Shown here: positions 61,541 to 64,000 of the stretch, piece by piece | How the letters are laid out: each line of letters opens with the position of its first letter | Position numbering within the stretch: the first letter of the stretch is position 1 | Source: Euglena gracilis | Lineage: Eukaryota | Assembly (NCBI GenBank): GCA_039621445.1 | Contig: CP154954.1 | Location: 46,169,847-46,233,846, forward strand | DNA: 64,000 nucleotides | Direction of reading: 5' to 3' | The notes under the pieces: model-generated | Databases searched by the model: none | Seen by the model: only the letters and a program-made list of their open reading frames with translations | Told to the model about the DNA's origin: nothing | Made by a program: the position numbers and the translations under genes

Positions 61541-62166
61541 ACCCCCCCCCCAACCACATCACCCATCAACAGGGAGTTTCTTGAACACCTTAAGGGGTCC
61601 AGCCAGCTGGAAATGGCGCTGGCTGGAAAAAAGGTGCTGGCTGGACTCCCCCACGGGGGGGGTCCAGGGGGTGGGTCCTACCGCCTGCTGGGCTGGACCC
61701 GGCTGCACCCGAAAACAGCCAAAAAAAAGCCCAAGTCCAGCTAGCTGCGTTGGACTTTTTTTTGCCAAAGTTTTGAGGTGAAAAACCACAAAAAGGACCA
61801 AAAATGGCCATTTTGGGCCATTTTTAACCCATTTTTTCCAAAAATTTTCGGCGCTTGATGTCAAAATATTTCCGATCCCGGCTTCGCCAGGCTGCGAAAA
61901 CTTTATTTCCGCTCGACCTCCGGGGGGGGGGGGGGACTGGGAGCTGCTTGCTGGAAAAAATGTGCTGGCTGGCTGGCTGGTTGGCTTGACCCCTCCCCTT
62001 TGGGGGCAGGGTGGGGTCTGGCTTAAGAAATTCTCTGCCCCTCAACCCTAACCGAACACCATAACCTCCTCAATTGAACTGGGAACTATGCAAACTTCAG
62101 AGTTCACTTCCAAAGCATCGACAAACAAGAAGGTTTTGGGGTTCACACTGTGTGGGTTTTGCAACA

Positions 62167-62566
62167 TAACCCCCCCCCCAATAAGTGCACGGGTGCGCGC
62201 ATTTTAAAGACGTAGTTTCGGACCCCAAGGGGTGTGCACTTATTAAGGCAGTGCGCACTTTTTTGGACAAAGCCGAAAATACTCATATTTCCCCCGCTCT
62301 TTTTCAATTTCCCCCCTATTTTGCGATTTCAAGCAATGAGTCAAGTGATTATGTGTCAAATTTGGGCTTGGACGATAGAAATAGTTGGTCTGAGAAAGAC
62401 AATTCTGAGAATTGTGTGTGCTTTCCGACATGAGATGTAGCAGTGATTTCTCCTTTGGGGGGGGGGTGCGCACTTTTTAGGGAGGTAGTTTCGGACCCCT
62501 GGGGGGTGCGCACGTATTAGGGCACTGCGCACAATTAGGGCACTGCGCACTTATTGGGGGGGTTTA
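62167..62566. mobile_element. MITE of the AACCCCCC family with gtgcgcac subterminal motifs
   Basis: Ends taa(c)n-aataagtgc and gcacttatt(g)n-ttta. Confidence 0.75.
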
Positions 62567-63196
62567 CTTCACTGGCTTCCATTACCACTCGGTGCAGTAT
62601 AAAAATGCACTCTTTTCCAAGACTTGGAATGCCCAGAGGAGTTCAACGTCCCAAGCCCAACATAAACAATCTGGATGCCAATTCCATTCAGGGTTTGCAG
62701 AAGGATTTGTCACGGCAGGTGGGGGGATAGACATAAAGCAATAGTATGTTTGGGACTGCGAGGTAGCTGCGGCTTGCCTTTTCCGCAATCCCCAGCAGCC
62801 GGCAGCTGTTTCCATCGACCCATTTATCCTGTTGGACTGCCACACCCCTGGGGCCCAAGCAGGTAGCTATTCACCGGCCACGACCAACACCCCAATGGAG
62901 AGGAGTGTGGGTAATGATACATAAAGGTGAATTGTACCAAAAATATTGCGGAGGAAAAACAGGTCAGTGCCGCAGGGCAAGGCATTCAGAGGGTGGCAGA
63001 CACCCCAACTCCACCTTGACATATAGCCCCACCTTCACCACCTTGACTTTTGGCAAGAATTTACCAGCCGAGACGGATCTTACCTTCCATCGGCGGACTT
63101 AATGAAATCTCAAATCAAAGACGAGGTCACCCACCCCCTCCAAGAGCTCAGGTGACTGTGTGTCTCAGGGCAGATGGAGAGCAAGCCATAAAGAAG

Positions 63197-63483
63197 TCAG
63201 GGAGTGCGCGGAGGTGCCCAGGAAGGTAGCTGTCGCCTGCTTGTCTCTTCAGGGATCGTTGCATGCTCATGCCTCGCCAGCTGCTCCTGCCTCCTCCGCT
63301 CCTTCTCTGTGAGCCACACAAGGTCAGGGTCCACCGTCGACCGGCGCGCACGGCGTCCCGACACCGGCACCGCTCCCGCCGCCCGCCGCCGCTCCGGCCA
63401 CCCCTCCTCCGCCTCCGTCCTCCCCAGGGCTGTACAGAACAACCTGGTGTCAATCCCCCCACACGCGCGCGCTCAAACGCACG

Positions 63484-63526
<43 letters not shown>

Positions 63527-63533
63527 ACACACC

Positions 63534-63573
<40 letters not shown>

Positions 63574-63670
63574 ACACCACACCACACGCACACACACCAC
63601 GCGCACACATAAACCACACACACACACACCCACCCAGCCAACACACACACATTCACGCACACACGCACAC

Positions 63671-63723
<53 letters not shown>

Positions 63724-63980
63724 ACACACACACACACATGCATGCGCACGCCACCCATAGCATTTCTGGGATTCCCGCTCAGCCCTGATCCCGCCCTCCG
63801 CCTCCTGCCGCTGCCGCTCCTCCAGCCGCCGCTGCCGCAGCAGCTGGTCCCGCTCCTCAATGTCCCACCGGCCCCGCCGCCGAAGGTCGATGTACCACTT
63901 CTCCGCCCTCTTCCGCAGCCGCCGCTGCCGCGTCTTGCCTTGGGGAGGCTGCTGGGCTGTGCGGGGACCCTCAGCACGGC
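63197..63980 (-). CDS. Possible exons of an unidentified low-complexity or coiled-coil protein
   Basis: GC-rich, stop-free stretches on either side of the CA tract: QRRLRKRAEKWYIDLRRRGRWDIEERDQLLRQRRLEERQRQEAE and DPDLVWLTEKERRRQEQLARHE. Similar stretches at about 58360-58660 and 59010-59220. Splice sites not established. Confidence 0.35.
63480..63737 (+). repeat. Imperfect (CA)n microsatellite
   Basis: Read directly; a smaller (GT)n tract lies at 51050-51081. Confidence 0.97.
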
Positions 63981-64000
63981 TGGAGGGGATGGGGGTGGGG

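Overview
This is repeat-dense eukaryotic nuclear DNA, most likely from a photosynthetic euglenid (inferred from a class I bipartite plastid presequence, a trans-splice-like acceptor just before the ATG, 44-54 nt GT-AG introns and CCCTAA-like tracts). The left end holds a multi-exon psaD gene on the minus strand with MITE-filled introns, and a 5'-truncated RLE/CRE-type LINE just upstream. The region from about 10.6 to 43 kb is a nest of LTR retroelements, and three separate elements carry homologous Dam-like N6-adenine DNA methyltransferase domains. (A) A degenerate chromodomain Ty3/Gypsy element has a C5-cytosine MTase and a Dam-like MTase in tandem between gag and protease, inside a tandem duplication of about 6.3 kb. 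(B) A complete Gypsy element (30733-37501, 5-bp TSD) has a Dam-like domain between protease and RT. (C) A young 2.6-kb non-autonomous LTR element (39468-42046) has an intact Dam-like MTase (NPPW) as its only recognisable gene, a Tf1-like self-priming PBS and an array of five conserved bulged RNA hairpins. A second self-priming TRIM lies at 10611-12191. The right third is mostly MITEs, foldback elements and microsatellites, with possible exons of an unidentified minus-strand gene. Many frameshifts fall in homopolymers and may be sequencing errors. All motif calls were made by eye; no database searches were run.
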